Origin: Cyclobacteriaceae bacterium
Lineage (GTDB): Bacteria > Bacteroidota > Bacteroidia > Cytophagales > Cyclobacteriaceae
Direction of reading: 5' to 3'
NCBI GenBank assembly: GCA_015488485.1
Contig: WFNR01000064.1
Coordinates: 6,916-70,915, forward strand
Length of the DNA stretch: 64,000 nt
Shown here: positions 44,730 to 55,389 of the stretch, in pieces
Layout of the letters: each line of letters opens with the position of its first letter
Position numbering within the stretch: position 1 is the first letter of the stretch
Position numbers and translations under genes: made by a program
Notes under the pieces: model-generated
The model's input: the letters and a program-made list of their open reading frames with translations, nothing else
What the model was told of the DNA's origin: nothing
Database searches by the model: none

Positions 44730-46115
44730 ATGAAAATTCAAACACATATTCATCGCCAGCTCTCCGACACGCTTACTCCGGTCAATGCCCTGCTGGCCGT
44801 GCGTGAGCAATACCCGCTGGTGATGCTGCTCGAGAGCTCCGATTATCAGAGCAAAGAAAACAGCTACTCGTTTCTGGGGTTTGCCCCGCTGGCGTCAGCC
44901 CGGGTATCGAAGGGGCGTTTTAGCAGTACCCTTGGGCACGATTTCGACCTGCTGCATGGTGATACCGATCTGGTGGCGGCTATGGATGCTTTTCGTCAGT
45001 CGTTTACCTTGCTTAACGAGGATCAGGAAGTGCAGCGCTTTAATGGCCTGTTCGGTTACACCGGTTTCGAGGCCGTGGCCTGGTTTGATGAGCACAGTTT
45101 TACCGGACAGGAGGTAGCAGGACTGATACCCGACCTGCAATTTCATTTCTTTGCCTATCTGGTTGTTTTCGACCACTATAACAGCCGGCTTACCATTCTG
45201 GAAAACCAACTGGAAGACAGCCCTTCACAACTGGAAGAAGTTATTACCTTAATCAACAAGCCGGGGCGGCCGGTGTACCCGTTCCGGGCCGGGGCAGCCA
45301 CCGCCAATATGAGCGATGCCGACTATATGCAGTTGGTGAGCAAAGCCAAAGCGCATTGTCAGCGTGGTGATGTCTTCCAGTTGGTGTTGTCGAGGCGCTA
45401 CCGCCAGTCCTACCGGGGTGATGATATCAATGTGTACCGGGCGCTGCGGGCTATCAATCCATCGCCTTATCTGTTTTATTTCGATTATGGCGATTTTAAA
45501 ATCATGGGCTCCTCACCCGAGGCGCATTTGATCATCAAAGGCTGGCAGGCCGAGATACACCCCATTGCCGGTACGGTATTGCGCACTGGCGATAATGAAA
45601 CCGACCATGCAGCCGCTTTGCAACTGGTAGCTGATCCTAAGGAGAATGCCGAGCACAACATGCTGGTGGACCTGGCACGCAACGACCTGGCACGTCACTG
45701 CCGTAATGTGCGGGTGTCGCGTAACAAGGTGATCCAGTACTTCAGCCATGTAATTCATCTGGTGTCAAAAGTAGTGGCCGATAAGCCGCCAGCAGTCAGC
45801 TCTTTTCGCGTCTTTGCCGACACCTTTCCGGCCGGTACCCTCACCGGAGCCCCCAAGCACAAGGCCATTGAGCTCATTCATACCTATGAGCCGCAGCCAA
45901 GGGGTTTTTATGGTGGGGCAATCGGTTATATGAGCTTTAGCGGAGATATGAACATGGCCATTACCATCCGTACGGTGATGGCCAAAGACAACAATTTGTA
46001 CTACCAGGCAGGAGCCGGTATTGTAATCGACTCACAGGAAGAAAAAGAGCTGCTGGAAGTGCAAAATAAACTGGCGGCTATTCTGGCAGCTATTAAAATG
46101 GCCGAAGAACTATGA
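44730..46115 (+). CDS. trpE: anthranilate synthase component I
   Basis: Chorismate-binding signature GTLTGAPKHKAIELI...RGFYGGAIGY. Confidence 0.95.
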   Translation: MKIQTHIHRQLSDTLTPVNALLAVREQYPLVMLLESSDYQSKENSYSFLGFAPLASARVSKGRFSSTLGHDFDLLHGDTDLVAAMDAFRQSFTLLNEDQEVQRFNGLFGYTGFEAVAWFDEHSFTGQEVAGLIPDLQFHFFAYLVVFDHYNSRLTILENQLEDSPSQLEEVITLINKPGRPVYPFRAGAATANMSDADYMQLVSKAKAHCQRGDVFQLVLSRRYRQSYRGDDINVYRALRAINPSPYLFYFDYGDFKIMGSSPEAHLIIKGWQAEIHPIAGTVLRTGDNETDHAAALQLVADPKENAEHNMLVDLARNDLARHCRNVRVSRNKVIQYFSHVIHLVSKVVADKPPAVSSFRVFADTFPAGTLTGAPKHKAIELIHTYEPQPRGFYGGAIGYMSFSGDMNMAITIRTVMAKDNNLYYQAGAGIVIDSQEEKELLEVQNKLAAILAAIKMAEEL

Positions 46116-46684
46116 GCAGGGTACTGATTATCGATAATTTCGACTCGTTTACCTACAACCTGGTACACCTGGTTGAGCAGGTGAGTGGCGTGCGGCCCGA
46201 TGTGCTACGCAACAACAGCCGGGCGCTGGACGATCTCTCTGACTATACGCACCTCATTCTCTCGCCCGGCCCCGGCATTCCGCAGGAGGCCGGCCGCCTG
46301 CTGGAGGTAATCGGGCGTTATGCCAGCGAAAAAGCCATGCTGGGTGTGTGTCTGGGCCATCAGGCCATTGCCGAGGCCCTTGGCGGTAAACTGCGCAACC
46401 TGGACAAGGTGTATCATGGGGTAAGCGATACCATGAAGATTATCAAGCTGGACGAGCCCCTTTATGCCGGTATGCAGGACTTGTTTACGGCCGCCCGTTA
46501 CCACTCCTGGGTGGTGGATAAGCAGGCCTTACCGGCTGAATTTGACATCAATTGTATAGATGGCGAAGGTGAGATTATGGGCCTGAGCCACCGGCAATAC
46601 CGCCTGAAAGGGGTGCAATTTCATCCGGAAAGCTACTTGTCGGAGTTCGGTGACAAGATTATGCATAACTTTTTGAAAATGTGA
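46112..46684 (+). CDS. trpG: anthranilate synthase component II (glutamine amidotransferase)
   Basis: Class I GATase motifs GVCLGHQAI and GVQFHPES. Confidence 0.95.
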   Translation: MSRVLIIDNFDSFTYNLVHLVEQVSGVRPDVLRNNSRALDDLSDYTHLILSPGPGIPQEAGRLLEVIGRYASEKAMLGVCLGHQAIAEALGGKLRNLDKVYHGVSDTMKIIKLDEPLYAGMQDLFTAARYHSWVVDKQALPAEFDINCIDGEGEIMGLSHRQYRLKGVQFHPESYLSEFGDKIMHNFLKM

Positions 46685-46712
46685 TTATTAAAAATATTTA
46701 TTTAGAGTATCT

Positions 46713-47699
46713 ATGAAAGAAATAATCAACCTGTTGATCGAGCATAAACCGCTGAACAGCGCCCAGGCACGCGACACCATGATGCGCATCGCCAACGAGG
46801 AGTTTAGCGATGCCGAGATAGCCGCCTTTCTCACTACTTACCTGATGCGCGCCATTACCCTGGACGAGCTGGCCGGCTTTCGTGATGCCCTGATGGAGCT
46901 GGCCGTAAAGCCCGATCTGGGGCAGGAGCCGGCCATTGACCTGTGCGGAACCGGTGGCGATGGTAAAAACACCATTAATATCTCCACCTTAACGGCCCTG
47001 GTAGTGGCGGCAGCCGGCTACCGGGTCATCAAGCATGGCAATTATGGCGTTTCTTCAGTGTCCGGTTCATCCAATGTGCTTGAATACCTGGGTTACACCT
47101 TTACTGCCGATACCGGCCGGCTGCAGCGTCAGCTTGAAAAACACAATATTTGCTTCCTCCATGCCCCGCTATTTCATCCGGCTATGAAAGCCGTAGGGCC
47201 GGCCCGCAGAAGCCTGAAAGTAAAGACATTCTTTAATTTGCTTGGGCCTCTGGTTAATCCGGCCGCACCTTCGCATCAACTGGTGGGCGTGTATAGCTTG
47301 CAGGTAGCCCGTCTGTATCAAAACTTTTTGCCTTTGCTGAACAGGCAGTTTGCCATTGTGCACGCCCTCGATGGTTACGATGAAATCACCCTGACCGGTG
47401 CGGCCAAGGTAATTGGCAATGATAAGGAGCAAATGCTTAGCGCCAGCGATTTCGGCTATTCAACCACCCGTCCGGAAGACTTGTTTGGCGGTAATACGGT
47501 AGCCGAGGCGGCTGAAATATTTATACAGGTATTAAACGGCCGGGGCACTACCGCCCAACAACAGGTAATCACCGCTAATGCTGCCCTGGCCATCCAATGC
47601 TTCGAGCCGCAGCGCCCCTTGGCCGAATGTGTGGCGCAGGCCGAAGAGGCCTTGCAAAGCGGCCGTGCTTTACAGGTTTTTAAAGGATTAACACAATGA
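46713..47699 (+). CDS. trpD: anthranilate phosphoribosyltransferase
   Basis: DLCGTGGDGKNTINIST and KHGNYGVSS motifs. Confidence 0.95.
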   Translation: MKEIINLLIEHKPLNSAQARDTMMRIANEEFSDAEIAAFLTTYLMRAITLDELAGFRDALMELAVKPDLGQEPAIDLCGTGGDGKNTINISTLTALVVAAAGYRVIKHGNYGVSSVSGSSNVLEYLGYTFTADTGRLQRQLEKHNICFLHAPLFHPAMKAVGPARRSLKVKTFFNLLGPLVNPAAPSHQLVGVYSLQVARLYQNFLPLLNRQFAIVHALDGYDEITLTGAAKVIGNDKEQMLSASDFGYSTTRPEDLFGGNTVAEAAEIFIQVLNGRGTTAQQQVITANAALAIQCFEPQRPLAECVAQAEEALQSGRALQVFKGLTQ

Positions 47700-48493
47700 G
47701 CAATATCCTGGATACCATCATCGCCCATAAACGCACCGAGGTAGCGCAGACCCAAAAGCAAAAGCCCCTGACCGCCCTGATAAAGGAAGCAGGCCATAGG
47801 CCGGCCCCACGTAGCATGCGCAGCGCTATCCTCAACGGCAGCGGCCTGATAGCCGAGTTTAAGCGGGCTTCACCCTCCAAAGGTTTGATTCGTCCGCAGG
47901 CCGATCCGGCTGCCATAGCTGCCTCTTATGAAAAGGCAGGCGCCTCGGCCGTATCGGTGCTTACCGACCGCAAGTTTTTCCGGGCCCAAAACAGCGACCT
48001 GCCGGCTGTTGCAGACACTGTGGAATTGCCGGTCTTGCGCAAGGATTTTATAATTGATACCTATCAGGTTGCCGAAGCACGGGCCATGGGGGCCGACTGT
48101 ATCCTACTCATTGCATCCGTACTGACCAAAAGCCAGTTGGCCCAATTGCTGGACGTAGCCACCGACCTGGGACTGGAAGCGCTGGTAGAAGTGCACCGCC
48201 CCGAAGAACTTGATAAATTATGCGGCAGAGAGACACTGATAGGGGTGAACAACCGCAATCTGGATAATTTTACAGTAGATATACAGGTGTCGCTGGCACT
48301 GGCGCCCCTGCTGGGCGATACGGTGGTAAAAGTAACGGAAAGCGGACTGAGTAGTGCCAGTCACCTGCAAGAGTTGGTCAGAGCCGGCTTCAGCGGCTTT
48401 CTGGTGGGCGAGAACCTGATGCGTGCGGCTGACCCCGGAGCGGCCTGTGCTGATATGGTAGAAGCTATCAAACAAGCTAAAAATGCTGGTTAA
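47696..48493 (+). CDS. trpC: indole-3-glycerol phosphate synthase
   Basis: IAEFKRASPSKG, LRKDFIID and GVNNRNL motifs. Confidence 0.95.
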   Translation: MSNILDTIIAHKRTEVAQTQKQKPLTALIKEAGHRPAPRSMRSAILNGSGLIAEFKRASPSKGLIRPQADPAAIAASYEKAGASAVSVLTDRKFFRAQNSDLPAVADTVELPVLRKDFIIDTYQVAEARAMGADCILLIASVLTKSQLAQLLDVATDLGLEALVEVHRPEELDKLCGRETLIGVNNRNLDNFTVDIQVSLALAPLLGDTVVKVTESGLSSASHLQELVRAGFSGFLVGENLMRAADPGAACADMVEAIKQAKNAG

Positions 48494-49094
48494 AGTCTGT
48501 GGTATCACCGATCGGGAACAATACAGCCGGCTCGACAGCCTGGGGGTGGACATGCTGGGCCTAAACTTCTACCATGCCTCACCGCGTTATGTGGCGCCCG
48601 GAGATCCGGTAAGCCGCCTGTCCGGCAGGGCAAGCAAGGTGGGTATATTTGTCAACCCCTGTGTAGATCGCACGCTGGCTACTATCAAGGCCTGTGGTCT
48701 CGATTATGTGCAGTTGCATGGTGCCGAATCCGTGGCCTTTTGCAGGCAAATGAAAAAACATGCCGGTGTTATCAAAGCCTTTGGCATTAATGATGCCTTT
48801 GATTTTGCTGTGCTCAACGAGTACGCGACTACTGTTGACTACTTTCTTTTTGATACACGCAGCAGCCGCTATGGCGGCTCGGGGCGTAAGTTCAATTGGC
48901 AAAAACTGGCGGAGTATGATCTGGAGGTACCTTTCCTGCTAAGTGGCGGCCTGGCTCCTGACGACTGGCCGGCCTTGCGTGCTTTCAGTCATCCGCAATG
49001 GGCAGGCATAGATATTAACAGTGGTTTTGAGACAGGCCCCGGCAATAAAGACCTGGCAGCCGTGGCCGCTTTTTTAGAAAAGATAAAGTTATGA
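48483..49094 (+). CDS. trpF: phosphoribosylanthranilate isomerase
   Basis: MLVKVCGIT start, QLHG and LSGGL motifs. Confidence 0.9.
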   Translation: MLVKVCGITDREQYSRLDSLGVDMLGLNFYHASPRYVAPGDPVSRLSGRASKVGIFVNPCVDRTLATIKACGLDYVQLHGAESVAFCRQMKKHAGVIKAFGINDAFDFAVLNEYATTVDYFLFDTRSSRYGGSGRKFNWQKLAEYDLEVPFLLSGGLAPDDWPALRAFSHPQWAGIDINSGFETGPGNKDLAAVAAFLEKIKL

Positions 49095-50272
49095 AAAATC
49101 CTGACGAACAAGGTTTTTATGGTGAATACGGAGGCGCATTTGTACCGGAAATGCTTTACCCCAATGTAGCCGAATTACAGGCAAAATATCTGGAAATACT
49201 GGCACAAGCTGATTTCCAGCAGGAGTTGCAGCAGTTGTTGCATGCCTATGCCGGGCGGCCTAGTCCGTTGTATTATTCGGGCTATTTGTCTGCTAAATAT
49301 GGCGGTAAAATCTACCTCAAGCGCGAAGACCTGAATCACACCGGGGCGCACAAGATCAACAATGCCCTGGGTCAGATCCTGCTGGCGGCACGAATGGGTA
49401 AGCAAGAGATTATTGCCGAAACCGGTGCCGGACAGCATGGCGTGGCTACGGCTACCGCTGCCGCCCTGATGGGCATGCCCTGCAAGGTGTTTATGGGTGA
49501 GGTGGATATGGCCCGCCAGGCGCCCAACGTAGCACGCATGCGCATGCTGGGGGCCGAGGTGGTGGCCGCCACTTCGGGCAGTCGCACCCTTAAAGATGCC
49601 ACCAACGAGGCCATCCGCTACTGGATCAACAACCCGGAGGCCTACTACCTGATTGGCTCGGTGGTGGGGCCGCACCCGTACCCCGATCTGGTAGCGCGGC
49701 TGCAAGCTGTGATCAGCGCTGAACTGCTGGAGCAAGTGCCGGCACATTCCGGCCGGCCGCTACCCGATAAAGTGGTAGCCTGCATCGGGGGAGGTAGCAA
49801 TGCTGCCGGAGCCTTTTATCATTATATCGAACAGCCTGATGTGCAACTAATTGCCGTAGAAGCGGGAGGCAAGGGCATCGCCTCCGGGCAGTCGGCCGCC
49901 ACCAGCCAGTTGGGGAGTATAGGCATCATCCACGGTAGCCGCACCCTGTTGATGCAGGATGCAGACGGGCAGATTATTGAGCCGTATTCGATATCGGCCG
50001 GCCTTGACTATCCGGGAATCGGGCCTATGCATGCTCACCTGATCAGCAGCGGCCGGGCGCAGGTATATAGCATCAACGATGACCAGGCGCTGGCAGCCGG
50101 AGTGGCCTTGAGTCGCCATGAGGGTATCTTGCCTGCCCTGGAATCGGCTCATGCGCTGGCCGTATTGCCCGAGCTGGACATCCATCCCGATGACATAACC
50201 GTAGTGTGCCTTTCCGGCCGGGGCGACAAAGACTTACAGACTTATCTCGATTATTTACATATCAATGACTGA
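49091..50272 (+). CDS. trpB: tryptophan synthase beta chain
   Basis: LKREDLNHTGAHKINN PLP-lysine motif and GGGSNA. Confidence 0.95.
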   Translation: MKNPDEQGFYGEYGGAFVPEMLYPNVAELQAKYLEILAQADFQQELQQLLHAYAGRPSPLYYSGYLSAKYGGKIYLKREDLNHTGAHKINNALGQILLAARMGKQEIIAETGAGQHGVATATAAALMGMPCKVFMGEVDMARQAPNVARMRMLGAEVVAATSGSRTLKDATNEAIRYWINNPEAYYLIGSVVGPHPYPDLVARLQAVISAELLEQVPAHSGRPLPDKVVACIGGGSNAAGAFYHYIEQPDVQLIAVEAGGKGIASGQSAATSQLGSIGIIHGSRTLLMQDADGQIIEPYSISAGLDYPGIGPMHAHLISSGRAQVYSINDDQALAAGVALSRHEGILPALESAHALAVLPELDIHPDDITVVCLSGRGDKDLQTYLDYLHIND

Positions 50273-51044
50273 TTTACAGCAATTTATACAAAGTAAAAAA
50301 GAGGGTATTCTGAACATATTCTTTACAGCCGGTTACCCGCACCTGGACAGCACTTTGGTCATAGCCCGGCAGCTGGCTGCCGCGGGGGTAGAGCTGGTGG
50401 AAATCGGCATGCCCTATTCCGATCCGCTGGCTGATGGCGCCACCATTCAGCAAAGCAGCGAGCAGGCCTTGCGCAATGGCATGAATCTGGCAATCCTGTT
50501 TGAGCAGGTAAAGCAAATCAAAGAAGAAACAGGTTTACGCATCGTGCTGATGGGTTATCTGAATCAGATGCTGCGCATGGGTGAGGAGCGCTTTTTGCAA
50601 AATTGCCGGGATAGTGGCGTTGACGGACTGATAATCCCCGATTTACCGATGGAGGTCTATCAAAGTCAGTACCAGGAGTTGTTTGGCCGTTATCAGCAGG
50701 CCATTTCCTTTTTGATAACCCCACGCACATCCGTGGAGCGCATCAGGCTGGCCGACAGGCTGAGCAGCGGTTTTGTATATCTGGTAGCCGACAACAGTAT
50801 TACCGGAAAGATAACTGATGACTTTAGCCCGCGACAGGAAGCCTATTTCAAGCGAATCAGAGATATGCAACTGACATCACCGGTGCTGATTGGCTTCGGT
50901 ATTCGTACCGCCCGGCACTTCCGGGCAGCTTGTCGTTTTGCCCAGGGGGCTATTGTAGGCAGTGAATTTATCCGGCAACTCAGTGGTGGCGTGGACGATG
51001 AAAAAATCAGGCGATTTGTAAAAAATATTGGACGTAAACCATAA
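50265..51044 (+). CDS. trpA: tryptophan synthase alpha chain
   Basis: VELVEIGMPYSDPLADGATIQ motif. Confidence 0.95.
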   Translation: MTDLQQFIQSKKEGILNIFFTAGYPHLDSTLVIARQLAAAGVELVEIGMPYSDPLADGATIQQSSEQALRNGMNLAILFEQVKQIKEETGLRIVLMGYLNQMLRMGEERFLQNCRDSGVDGLIIPDLPMEVYQSQYQELFGRYQQAISFLITPRTSVERIRLADRLSSGFVYLVADNSITGKITDDFSPRQEAYFKRIRDMQLTSPVLIGFGIRTARHFRAACRFAQGAIVGSEFIRQLSGGVDDEKIRRFVKNIGRKP

Positions 51045-51133
51045 GAATGGAAGTGGCACTAGCGCCAAACAACCGGTTACATAAAGGGTCTGGCCGGGAG
51101 AGTTGGCAAGTCTTATTTTAGCAGAAAAAAACG

Positions 51134-52501
51134 ATGAATAAAACCATTACCTTTTTGTTTATGTTGACCACGGTGGCACAAGTTGTGGCCCAACCCGTGC
51201 CACCGGCTGCTGACAATCGGCTCTATGAGATGATTGAGGCCGTTTCGCCCGCCAGAATAGAACAGGATATCCGCAAGCTGGTTAGCTTCGGCACGCGTAA
51301 CACTCTCTCCGATACTGTTTCCGGCACCCGTGGTATTGGTGCAGCCCGCAGGTGGATAAAAAGTGAATTTGAACGGATAAGCCGGCAATGTGGCGGTTGT
51401 CTTACTGTATTCGAGCAACGCACCCTGGTGCCGGGCAATCCGGAGTCGCGCATCAAGGAGGATACCTGGGTGGTGAACATTATTGCTATACAAAAAGCCG
51501 CCAAGCCTGCAAACCGCTATGTGATTATAAGTGGTGATATCGACTCAAGGGCCTCAAATGCCAGCGATGGCCTTACCGATGCCCCTGGCGCCAACGACAA
51601 CGCCTCGGGGATGGCCGGTGTGTTGGAAGCCGCCCGGGTGTTAAGTCAATATACTTTTAACGCCAATATTGTTTATGCCGGCTTGTCGGGTGAGGAGCAG
51701 GGCTTGTATGGCGGCAAGCACCTGGCGCAAAAAGCTAAGGATGAAGGCTGGCAGATAATTGGTGTGCTGAATAACGATATGATTGGTAATATCGAAGGCA
51801 TAGACGGGGTAATAGCCAACAACTCCTTCCGTATTTTTTCAGAACCCACCCCTGTTACCGAAACGGAACGTCAAAGACGCATGCGCAGGTTTTACGGAGG
51901 TGAAGTAGATGGCATATCCCGCCAATTGGCACGTTATGTAGCCCGTCTAACCGACCAGTATATGGTAAATCTTGAGCCGATTATGATTTACCGGCTCGAT
52001 CGCTTCGGGCGTGGTGGCCACCACCGGCCGTTCAATGATTTGGGCTATGCCGGCATCCGTATTATGGAAACGCACGAGAACTACAACCGTCAACATCAGG
52101 ATATTAGAGTCGAAAACGGTATCAAATACGGAGATGTAATAGAAGGGGTAAACTTTGACTATGCTGCCAAGCTAACGGCCGTAAATGTAATTACTTTGGC
52201 CTCTCTTGCCTGGGCGCCTGCCGCTCCACGTCAGGTAAAGATAGGGGGGGCAGTGCAACCTCATACCACTCTTACCTGGGAGTCACCGGCCGATGACAGC
52301 CGGGTGGCCGGCTACAAAATATACTGGCGCGAAACTACCGCACCCCAATGGCAACATAGCCGGTTTGTTGGCAAGGTAAATGAATTTACCTTGCGCGGTC
52401 TCATAATCGACAACTATTTGTTTGGGGTGGCGTCTGTAGATGCCGAAGGCCATGAGAGTGTAGTGGTTTTCCCGTCAGGATTAATCCGTAACAAGCGGTA
52501 A
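51134..52501 (+). CDS. M28 family metallopeptidase with C-terminal fibronectin-III-like domain
   Basis: GANDNASGMAGVLE and SGEEQGLYG metal-ligand motifs. Signal peptide. C-terminal Y.IYWR... FN3-like segment. Confidence 0.85.
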   Translation: MNKTITFLFMLTTVAQVVAQPVPPAADNRLYEMIEAVSPARIEQDIRKLVSFGTRNTLSDTVSGTRGIGAARRWIKSEFERISRQCGGCLTVFEQRTLVPGNPESRIKEDTWVVNIIAIQKAAKPANRYVIISGDIDSRASNASDGLTDAPGANDNASGMAGVLEAARVLSQYTFNANIVYAGLSGEEQGLYGGKHLAQKAKDEGWQIIGVLNNDMIGNIEGIDGVIANNSFRIFSEPTPVTETERQRRMRRFYGGEVDGISRQLARYVARLTDQYMVNLEPIMIYRLDRFGRGGHHRPFNDLGYAGIRIMETHENYNRQHQDIRVENGIKYGDVIEGVNFDYAAKLTAVNVITLASLAWAPAAPRQVKIGGAVQPHTTLTWESPADDSRVAGYKIYWRETTAPQWQHSRFVGKVNEFTLRGLIIDNYLFGVASVDAEGHESVVVFPSGLIRNKR

Positions 52502-52530
52502 ATTTCCAGGCTTTTGCTATTTTAGCTTTT

Positions 52531-53082
52531 GTGAAAGCACGGCTGTTGTTTTTGTTCGTTATATTTTTTATCCGGCATTTGGCTTTAGCACAATCTTTGC
52601 CACAAGGCGACTACAACTGGCAGACGGAAGCCGATTACCGGCAGTACGAAGATGAAGTGCTGGCCACCATAGAATGGCTGGAAGAAAACCCCATTGCCAC
52701 CACCGATAACGATACCAAGGCCATGACGGCCTTTGTCCTTGCCTGGTTGGCAGGCGTGCCCTATATCACAGTTGCCTATAATGATATTTTTCTGGAAAGC
52801 ATTGCCAACAGCAAGAAGTACCGGTTTGCCGAAAAATTCCGGGTTACCTATTTGTTGGGAAAAGCCTATTACTATATCAAACATCCGGACAACCCTGATG
52901 AGGCGGAAGCTTGTGCCCGTGGCATAACCGGTATGGTGAAGGTTTATGAAGAACTGAAAAAAGTGGACCCTTCGGTACAACACTGGCGCCTGGAGAAGTA
53001 CAGTCGTCTATACCACAATGGCAAACTACTGACCTACGTAAGGCGCCAGTTATCCAAAGAAGAAAATCCGGTATTTTATTAA
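52531..53082 (+). CDS. hypothetical secreted protein
   Basis: GTG start and a signal-like N-terminus ending ALAQ. No recognised motif. Confidence 0.55.
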   Translation: MKARLLFLFVIFFIRHLALAQSLPQGDYNWQTEADYRQYEDEVLATIEWLEENPIATTDNDTKAMTAFVLAWLAGVPYITVAYNDIFLESIANSKKYRFAEKFRVTYLLGKAYYYIKHPDNPDEAEACARGITGMVKVYEELKKVDPSVQHWRLEKYSRLYHNGKLLTYVRRQLSKEENPVFY

Positions 53083-53088
53083 GACATT

Positions 53089-54069
53089 ATGGAGCAACTA
53101 GCGAAGAAAGTTTATCAGGCGGCCGAGTCGGCTGCTCAGCGCATTGCTCCTTACATTTATCCGACCCGGGTCATTTATTCACCTTATCTATCCGATCTGT
53201 GCAATGGCCGGGTATATCTGAAGCCCGAGTGCCTGCAAACAACGGGCTCTTTCAAGCTACGCGGGGCGCTTAATAAGGTGCTTTCATTAAAAAATTCCGG
53301 CTATCGCAAAGCGGTAGTCACGGCCTCTACCGGCAACCATGCCGCTGCGATGGCCTTTGCCTGCCGGCAGGCGGGCCTGCAAGCGATTATCTACATGCCG
53401 GAGACGGCCTCGCAGGTCAAAATCAACAACCTGCAGTCGTACCCCAATGTGGAGGTACGCCTTACCGGACAGGACTCGCTGGCCAGCGAGCTGGCGGCAC
53501 GCCAGGCAGCCGAACGGCAGGGATTGGCTTACATTTCTCCCTATAATGATGAAGCGATTATAGCCGGACAGGCTACGGTAGGGCTGGAATTACTGGCGGA
53601 GGTTGACCGGCCTGATGCTGTGTTGGTGCCGGTAGGAGGTGGCGGACTGGTATCCGGTATTGGCGGGGTGGTGAAGCATACTTCCCCGGCCTCACAAATC
53701 ATAGGTTGTCAACCAGAGCATTCGGCCGTCATGTATCATTCGGTGGTGGCCGGCCGGATACTCGATATACCCTCCAAACCTACGCTATCGGATGGCACAG
53801 CCGGTGGGCTGGAGCCGGATTCGCTTACCTTTACTTATGCACGTGCTTTTATAGATGATTTTGTTTTGCTCAGCGAACCGGCCATCAGGCAGGGTATAGC
53901 CACCACGCTGCAGTACCACCGCCTGGTGATAGAGGGGGCGGCCGCCCTGAGTGTAGCGGCTCTGCTGGCAAACCCTGGTCGGTTTGCCGGCCAGACTGTG
54001 GTGCTGGTGCTCAGCGGCAACAAACTGCCCTGGCCACTACTGCAGGAGATAAGTGCTGAGATGGGTTAA
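53089..54069 (+). CDS. PLP-dependent threonine/serine dehydratase family protein
   Basis: PLP-lysine motif TGSFKLRGA and glycine loop PVGGGGLVSG. Confidence 0.85.
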   Translation: MEQLAKKVYQAAESAAQRIAPYIYPTRVIYSPYLSDLCNGRVYLKPECLQTTGSFKLRGALNKVLSLKNSGYRKAVVTASTGNHAAAMAFACRQAGLQAIIYMPETASQVKINNLQSYPNVEVRLTGQDSLASELAARQAAERQGLAYISPYNDEAIIAGQATVGLELLAEVDRPDAVLVPVGGGGLVSGIGGVVKHTSPASQIIGCQPEHSAVMYHSVVAGRILDIPSKPTLSDGTAGGLEPDSLTFTYARAFIDDFVLLSEPAIRQGIATTLQYHRLVIEGAAALSVAALLANPGRFAGQTVVLVLSGNKLPWPLLQEISAEMG

Positions 54070-54075
54070 CCCGGG

Positions 54076-54441
54076 TTAATCATAAAGACCCAGTTTGTAC
54101 TGAAACACATTGGCAATGGTACTTGCCCGGTGTTTGGCTTCGTTGGCTACCGGCCCGGCAAACATTTCGTCAATAGTAGTGGTAAAGAGGGCCAGCCAAC
54201 GCTCGAAATGTGCGCGCTGCAGATTAAGCGCCAGATGTTTGCCAAAAGGATCACCCTGATAGGTTTGAGAGCCGAAGAGCACCGTATGCCAGAAATCAGC
54301 AATGGTCTGGATATGACTACTCATATCCAGATGGACAAATTTTTCACCGATTACAGGATCGGCCTGGGCCCGGCTGTAAAATACTTCCAAAAAATTCACC
54401 AGGTCGTCCCGGCTGGTGATATCTTTTAAATCCTGGGGCAT
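54076..54441 (-). CDS. group III truncated hemoglobin-like globin
   Basis: 121 aa. The FY.R...D..IG..F ... FW..VL.G...Y.G.P...H pattern is typical of this family. Confidence 0.7.
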   Translation of the reverse strand: MPQDLKDITSRDDLVNFLEVFYSRAQADPVIGEKFVHLDMSSHIQTIADFWHTVLFGSQTYQGDPFGKHLALNLQRAHFERWLALFTTTIDEMFAGPVANEAKHRASTIANVFQYKLGLYD

Positions 54442-54484
54442 AATGAACGATTAATCCGGTAATTTTGTTGACAGTGCAACAATA

Positions 54485-54871
54485 ATGAACCTGCAATTAA
54501 ATCAAGACGAATTTACCGGCAAAGTACTGGAAGAGCAAGAAAGACCGGTGCTGGTAGAGGTGTGGGCCAGTTGGTGTGGCAAATGCCGGGCCCTGGAGCC
54601 GGTAATAAAAGAAGTAGCCCGCGGACTTGACGGGGAGGCCAAGGTGTACCAATTGAAAGCCGATGACAACCAACAACTTGTAAAGCAATTGAGAATAATG
54701 GGTGTACCGGCCTTGTTGTATTACCGCCATGGGATGCTGGTCAGAAAGAAGCTGGGTGTCCAAAGCAGAAGGAAGATTGTAGAAACCCTGAGGGAGTTGG
54801 CCGGCTATGACCGGCAGCAGGCTAGCGAGCGACAGTATAAATCATGGTGGCAGCGGCTTTTTGGCAAATAG
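54485..54871 (+). CDS. thioredoxin family protein
   Basis: The WASWCGKC active site. Confidence 0.85.
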   Translation: MNLQLNQDEFTGKVLEEQERPVLVEVWASWCGKCRALEPVIKEVARGLDGEAKVYQLKADDNQQLVKQLRIMGVPALLYYRHGMLVRKKLGVQSRRKIVETLRELAGYDRQQASERQYKSWWQRLFGK

Positions 54872-54925
54872 CCTTAGGTGACCTGAAGCACGTAAGATAA
54901 GGCAGGAAAACTTATTTTTGTATCT

Positions 54926-55288
54926 ATGAAAATAGCAGTATCCAGTCAAAATTTACGCACCATATCGGCACATGCCGGTAAGGCATCGCGGTTTTATATT
55001 TATACCATTGATGAGCAAAACAAGCAAGTGACCAACCGGGAACTGCTGGAACTGTCCCCACCCGACATTCTGCATAACCGTTTTCACAAGTCGGACGACC
55101 CCTGGGCGCCCCATCCGCTGTTTGAGGTGGATGTGGTGATTACGGCCGGTGCCGGGCCCGGCTTTGTAAACCGGCTGGCCACACAAAACACCCGGGTGGT
55201 GATTACCCCTGAGCAGGATCCTGACATTGCCGTTGCCTTGTTTCTGGAAGGCAGCCTGCCGCAACTACCACCTGCTCATCATCATTAA
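54926..55288 (+). CDS. NifB/NifX-like (dinitrogenase Fe-Mo cofactor biosynthesis fold) protein
   Basis: The MKIAVSS...HAGKASRFYIY N-terminus and the VVITAGAGPG segment resemble the NifX/NifB C-terminal family. Confidence 0.65.
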   Translation: MKIAVSSQNLRTISAHAGKASRFYIYTIDEQNKQVTNRELLELSPPDILHNRFHKSDDPWAPHPLFEVDVVITAGAGPGFVNRLATQNTRVVITPEQDPDIAVALFLEGSLPQLPPAHHH

Positions 55289-55389
55289 TTATTTTGAAAG
55301 TTCAATCGGAAAAGGAAAAAAGAAGAGGAAAGGATTAATTATTAGCGCTGTTATCAACAGATATTAAACACAGGCTAGATTGACCCATT

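Noticed and set aside
44592-44810. 72-aa minus-strand ORF across the trp leader region
   Set aside because: It overlaps the promoter, leader, terminator and trpE start, and has no coding features. The plus-strand attenuator interpretation explains the sequence better.
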